Source of the DNA: Raja brachyura
Lineage: Eukaryota
Reading direction: 5' to 3'
Assembly: GCA_963514005.1 (NCBI GenBank)
Contig: OY740808.1
Location: forward strand, 18,786,001-18,841,834
Length of the DNA stretch: 55,834 nt
In this document: in pieces, positions 50,461-55,834 of the stretch
How the letters are laid out: each line of letters opens with the position of its first letter
How positions within the stretch are numbered: the first letter of the stretch is position 1
Translations under genes and position numbers: made by a program
Notes under the pieces: generated by a model
What the model was told of the DNA's origin: nothing
The model's database searches: none
Seen by the model: only the letters and a program-made list of their open reading frames with translations

Positions 50461-51875
50461 CTGAGGGCGATCTGATAGAGGTGTATAAAATCATAATGGC
50501 AATAGACAGGGTGAATGCACAGTATGTTTACCCCAGAATAGGGGAATCAAGAAACAGAGGACACAGGTTAAAGTGAGAGGAGAATAATTTAATAGGAGAC
50601 CGAGGGGCAGCTTTTTCAAGCAGAGGGTGGTGGGTATATGGTGCGAGCAGCAAGAGGAGGTAGTTGAGCCAGGTACTATGATGAATTTAAGGATAAGGGG
50701 GAAATTTAAGGATAAGGGGGAAATCTTTTAGGACCGAGATGAGAAAAACATTTTTCACACAGAGAGTGGTGAGTCTCTGGAATTCTCTGCCACAGAAGGT
50801 AGTTGAGGCCAGTTCATTGGCTACATTTAAGAGGGAGTTAGATGTGGCCCTTGTGGCTAGAGGGATCGGGGGTATGGAGAGAAGGCAGGTACAGGATACT
50901 GAGTTGGATGATCAGCCATGATCATATTGAATGGCGGTGCAGGCTCGAAGGGCCTAATGGCCTCCTCCTGCACCTATTTTCTATATTTCTATGTTTCTAA
51001 CATTTAAAACACATTTAGACTGGTACCTAGATTGGAAAGGTTTAAAGGGATATGGGGCAGATGCAGTGAAGTGGGACAAGCTCAGGTGGGTCATATTGGT
51101 CGGCATTTACACTTTGGGGTGAATGACCTATTTACATTTACAAGGTTAATCACTAGTACAGCACATTTGCTCTCTGTTCCTGAACATGGTGCAGAGACAA
51201 TGTCTTATCTGCCTACCCATGATCCCCATTCCTCCATTCCCTCCATATCCCTGTGCCTCTGCAAATGTCACTTAAATGCCACTATGGTATCTGCCTCCAG
51301 CATCACCCTGGCAGCGTGTTCCTGGTACGCACCACCCCCTGTGTAAAAAAAATTGTCCCGCGCTTCTCCTTCAAACCTTGGCTCTCTCACCTTAATGCTG
51401 TGCCCTCTAATGTATTACATCTTCATTCTGGGAAATTGACTCTGACTGTGCATCCTATCTATGCCTCTCATAATTTCATGTGCTTCTATCAAGTCTCTCC
51501 TTAACCTCTGGTGTTCCAGAGAAAACAATTCATCTGTTTGACCTCTCCCTGGAGCTAATACTCACTAATGCAGACAGCATATTGTTGGTTCACATGCTTA
51601 ATCAATGGTGTTTTATCATAAATGTTTTATTATTATTAATGTTTAGTGTTTTCTGAACTGTCATTCGTAACTGCAACTGTATGTCATGTTGTTACGTGGG
51701 CGGAGCACCAAGGCAAATTCCTTGTATGTGAATACTTGGCCTATAAACTTACTTACTTACTTACATTCTGGTGAATCTCCTCTGCCCCCGTTGCAAAGCC
51801 TCCACATCCTTCCTGTATTGGGGCGATCAGAACTGCACGCAATATTCCAATTGTGGCCTCAGCAAGGTCTTGTAA
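50460..51875. mobile_element. Nested CR1 fragments (+ 50460-51100 with a younger CR1 at about 50690-50998; - 51190-51875 with an inserted (ACTT)n-tailed fragment at 51596-51765)
   Basis: GDLIEVYKII...ESRNRGHRLK and MRKTFFTQRVVSLWNSLPQKVVEA peptides. Confidence 0.85.
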
Positions 51876-52019
51876 ATGGGACACGGTTTGTGGATGGGGA
51901 CCTCACCCTTCCCTTCACTCAAGGCTGTCCGAGGCTTGCTTCAGCTCAACAAACCTAACTCAGAGTAGTTCCACGTTTCCGTGTATCTCTCAGCACTGCT
52001 CTGGATATTCTTTTACGCA

Positions 52020-52262
52020 CCCCGTAACTGCTAGCTCTGAACACGTCATACGGAAAGAATCATTAGAATCGAAAGGCATATCCATTGTAAAATATCACAT
52101 TGAAATTTGAACACATTTCCAGCTAATGGTTGTAAAAAAAGCCTAATTTCAAAGTGTTTTATTCTTACACATTTTGCAAATGTTACAGAAGCAGAATTCA
52201 GTGGCTTCCACTCCTGGGCTTTTATAGAGGCTGCCTCGATAAGTCTTTTCCTTCCTGGGTCC
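52020..52262. promoter_or_regulatory. Candidate conserved non-coding element
   Basis: AT-rich unique island between CR1 copies, with homeodomain- and SOX-like motifs (CATTGT, CTAAT). Confidence 0.35.
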
Positions 52263-52274
52263 AACTAACAAGGA

Positions 52275-52815
52275 CGAGGGGGGGGATCTCATTGAAACTT
52301 ACCGAATAGTGAAAGGCCTAGATAGAGAGGATGTGGAGAGGATGTTTCCACTAGTGGGATAGTCTAAGACCAGAGGCCATTGCCTTCCCTCACAATGGGA
52401 AACTCAGATTCTGCTGTGTGGTGATGTTTTCTGTTGGAGTCTATCTTGTGTTGTGTTTTTTTTTATTTGTAAGGCTGTATGGTGACCACACATTTCACTG
52501 TCCCAACTGGTACATGTGACAAATAAATGTATCTTGTATCTTGTATCTAAAAGGACGCTCCTTTAGGAAAGAGATGAGGAGATTTCTTTGGTCAGTGGAT
52601 GGTGAATCTGTGGAATTTTGCCACAGAAGGTTGTGCAGGCCAAGTCAATGGATGTTTCAATGGCAGTGATAGATAGATTCTTGATTAGTACGGGTGTCAG
52701 GGGTTATGGGGAGAAGGCAGGAGAATGGGGTTAGGAGGAAGAGGTAGATCATCCATGATTGAATGGCGGAGTAGACGATGCCTGAATGGCCTAACTCTGC
52801 TCCTATCACTTATGT
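52275..52815 (+). mobile_element. CR1 3' end with an inserted LINE tail (about 52383-52548)
   Basis: ggggggatctcattgaaacttaccgaata...gtgaatctgtggaat...; the insert ends in (tgtatct)n. Confidence 0.8.
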
Positions 52816-52837
52816 CACTTTCCTCAGTAGCTGTGCT

Positions 52838-53097
52838 GGGTTTCCAGGGTTACGTCCGTGCCCGGGTGCCTCTTGAGAATGAACACACGGTGTCCAAGGG
52901 GCAACCATGGGTGATTTCCGGGACCGCTAGGCACCGTGCGGTGGGGGGGGGAGTGTTAACTGAATCCTAGTCATTTAATATTTAGTAATAAGAATATTTG
53001 GTCATTTTTGTATTGTGGTGGTGGGTGTGTTGTCATCGTTTGCTTTGTTAATATTATCATTGAAAATAATTGAATAAATTTAGTCTTGATAAAAATA
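52838..53097 (+). mobile_element. Tx1/L1-clade LINE 3' end
   Basis: FQGYVRARVPLENEHTVS..GDFRDR*AP resembles a Tx1 ORF2 C-terminus, followed by a T-rich UTR and aataaa. Confidence 0.65.
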
Positions 53098-53229
53098 ATT
53101 AGTCGTGCTGGAGATGTGGTACTCAGAGAGCAGAAGGCTATTTTGTTGTACCGAACTTGCAAGACAGAAGAAGGCCTGAAACGTCACCCGTGCCTTCTCT
53201 CCAGAGATGCTGCCTGTCCCACTGAGTTA

Positions 53230-53454
53230 AGGGCCTGTCCCACTTGACCGTCATTTGCGCGTCATGCAGATGGCGCGCGAAGATTTTGTACATCACAAAT
53301 TCCTGCGACGCCACGCACAGCCGCGCGTCACTGCCTATGTCATCACACACCATGTGCGCGTCACGTGCATGTCACAACGCATGCATCGTGCGTTGTGACA
53401 CGTAAATTATGTCGCGTAAATCACGCGCAAATGACGGCCAAGTGGGACAGCCCT
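53230..53454. mobile_element. PIF/Harbinger MITE (225 bp) with TTA TSD, inserted in a Penelope-derived arm (about 53166-53515)
   Basis: TIR AGGGCCTGTCCCACTTG.CCGTCATTTGCGCGT; TTA at 53227-53229 and 53455-53457. Removing the element and one TTA restores the host gagttactcc. Confidence 0.92.
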
Positions 53455-53517
53455 TTACTCCAACATTTCGTGTCTATCTTCGGTTTAAGCCAGCATCTGC
53501 AGTTCCTTCCTACAGAC

Positions 53518-53820
53518 TTTAATTGGCAATGTCAGGCCCAATCAATGGAAGCTCCGCGTTAATTGGTGATTTGATATAGTGTTAAACCTCTCTATTTTTA
53601 GGGGCTTTTTTAATCAATTGAATGAGGAAGGGAAAGGCTTTTAATTGACCTAATCTCAGGTGTTCTAAGCGAGTGCAGCTCATTCACAATTGCCGATTGA
53701 TTCCTATGTTAAGGAATGACAGGCACATTGCCGTTGGCCGCCGTCTGATTCACAGAACGTTTGCAGCAAGTCATACAGCTCCCATTCTCTGCCAGAGTTT
53801 CTGGGGAAAGTGCATAGGAA
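53518..53820. promoter_or_regulatory. Candidate conserved non-coding enhancer
   Basis: Three TTAATTG sites, TAATCAAT, CCAATCAAT and MEIS-type TGTCA/TGACAG in a repeat-free block of about 300 bp. Confidence 0.5.
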
Positions 53821-53879
53821 GAGAGGACTTTATTTTTTTTTAAGTCACCTTTCTTCAGACTCTAGACTTTTTAGAGAAA

Positions 53880-54388
53880 GGCGGCACAGTGGCGCAGCGG
53901 CAGAGTTGCTGCCTTACAGCGCCAGAGACCCGGGTTTGATCCCGACCACTAGGTGCTGGCTGTACGGAGTTTGTACGTTCTCCCCGTGACCGCGTGGGTT
54001 TTTTCCAGGTGCTCCGGTTTCCTCTCACAGGCCAAAGACGTACAGATTTGTAGATTAATAGCCTTGGTGAAATTGTAAATTGTCCCTAGTGTGTAGGATA
54101 GTGCTAGTGTATGGGATGATCGCTGGTTGGCACAGCTTTGGTAGGCCGAAGGGGCCTGTTTCCGTTCTGTGACTCTAAACTGATACTAAGATACAGCACA
54201 GAAACAGGCCCTTTGGCCCACTAAATCTGTGCTGACCAGCGATCCCCATACTCTAACACTATCCGACACACTAGGGACAATTTACATTTACAGAAGCCAA
54301 TTAACCTTCAAACCTGTACACCTCGTAGTGTGAGAGGAAACCAGAGCACCCGGAGAAAACCCACGCGGTCACAGGGAGAACTTGTACA
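53880..54388. mobile_element. Tail-to-tail inverted HE1 SINE pair (+ 53880-54180; - about 54188-54388)
   Basis: A full SINE is immediately followed by the reverse-complement 3' two-thirds of another copy. Confidence 0.88.
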
Positions 54389-54404
54389 GCTACAGGATGA
54401 AGAG

Positions 54405-54770
54405 AATCATGTAAATAACCTGTAGAGCAAGATAAAGTCCAATTCAAGATAGTCCAAGGGTCTCCAATGAGCTAGCTTTTAGCTCAGGATCGCTCTCCGG
54501 TTGTTGGGAAGATGGTCCTGCCTGGTAACAGCTGGGAAGAAACTGTCCCTGAATATGGAGGTGTGCAGTTTAACACTTCTGTACCTCTTGCCTGATGGGA
54601 GAGGGAAGAAGAGGGAGTGACCGGGGTGCGACTCGTCCTTGAAAATGCTGGTGCCTTGCCGAGGCAGCGTGAGCTGTGGATAGGGTCAATGGAAGGGAGG
54701 TTGGTTTGTGTGATGGTCTGGGCTGCGCGTGTCCACAACTCTCTGCAATTTCTTGTGTGGATAGTGAGGG
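54405..54770 (-). mobile_element. Rex1/Babar-type fragment
   Basis: RAAQTITQTNLPSIDPIHSSRCLGKA peptide. Confidence 0.75.
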
Positions 54771-55325
54771 AGCCGATGAGTCCAGTGTGGGAAGGCATTG
54801 CACCAAGACCTACTACTTACTACATTGTGGTATCAGGCTTCCTCATCCCGCCCAGCACCTTCTGTCTTTACTTCGAGTCGGGCTGATATCGGGAAGTCAG
54901 ACAAAAGACATAAGCGGGGATTTTGTTTTCTCTCTCCCCTTCAGCGAGCTGCTCACAGAGGCTCGAACAACCTCACTGTGTTGGGGCAGTAACCCATACA
55001 TAACCCTTCAACTGCCAGAGGCGGTGGTCTGCTGACAGACTCGCTGGGGGTCTCCCTTCTGTCAAGGCCCGGCGTTGCCTCCGGATGGTCAGCAGGCGGT
55101 CCCCCCCAACATGCCCAGACTGGTTAACGTGAGGCAGAGAGACGGCTGGCTCTGCCTCGCTCGCTCGCCCGCTGCCCTTTGGGCCGTCTCCATTTGGAAT
55201 ATTGTCTAATGAGGACCTGATGTCTTTTCTTCCATCAATGATGGTCGAGACTTCTGATTAATCCCGCGCTGTACTGAATATTCAATGCACAACACCAGAA
55301 ATGCACAACACTGTCTTGGAAGGGA

Positions 55326-55834
55326 GGTGTGTGTGTGTGTGTGTGTGTGTGTGTAGGTTCATGTGTGTGTGTTCATGTGTGTGTTCCTGTGTGTGTGTGT
55401 TCGTGTATGTGTTCATGTGTGTCTGTTCATGTGTGTGTTCATGTGTGTCTGTTCGTGTATGAGTGTGTGTTCATGTATAAGTGTGAGTTNNNNNNNNNNN
55501 NNNNNNNNNNNNNNNNNNNNNNNNNNNNNNNNNNNNNNNNNNNNNNNNNNNNNNNNNNNNNNNNNNNNNNNNNNNNNNNNNNNNNNNNNNNNNNNNNNNN
55601 NNNNNNNNNNNNNNNNNNNNNNNNNNNNNNNNNNNNNNNNNNNNNNNNNNNNNNNNNNNNNNNNNNNNNNNNNNNNNNNNATATTTGTTATTTTGTGTTC
55701 ATACTTGCGTCTGTGTGTGTTGGAGTGTGTGTATGTTGGAGTGTGTGTGTGTTGGAGTGTGTGTGTGTTGGTGTGTGTGTGTGTTGGTGTGTGTGTGTTG
55801 GAGTGTGTGTGTGTTGGAGTGTGTGTGTGTTGGA
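55326..55834. repeat. (TG)n-derived satellite containing an assembly gap (N 55490-55680)
   Basis: Direct reading. Confidence 0.95.

Overview
Vertebrate nuclear DNA, most likely a cartilaginous fish. A skate or ray is inferred from HE1-type V-SINEs, CR1/HER1-type LINE tails and Penelope-derived repeats. The only host coding sequence I can identify is the terminal coding exon of MN1 (+ strand, 17981-18162, ...[13 protein letters not shown]...[20 protein letters not shown]), which the ORF track misses because this frame has no early start codon. Positions 1-17980 are therefore probably MN1 intron, and the rest is 3' UTR plus gene-poor flank with several repeat-free blocks that look like conserved enhancers. 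The window is dense with mobile DNA: HE1 SINEs; CR1, Rex1/Babar, Tx1, L2 and Vingi-like fragments; two PIF/Harbinger MITEs; a 1024-bp TIR element with a 7-bp TSD; a 435-bp RTE-like element with a 10-bp TSD; and many short, often palindromic Penelope-derived elements. These last elements carry a minimal type I hammerhead ribozyme core (CUGAAGA-A-stem II-GAAA-CG-UC). One copy with a complete fold lies on the sense strand of the MN1 intron. There is also a 37-bp minisatellite and an assembly gap. Nearly all listed ORFs are chance or repeat-derived. Family assignments come from recalled consensus motifs, not database searches, and repeat boundaries are approximate unless a TSD is given.
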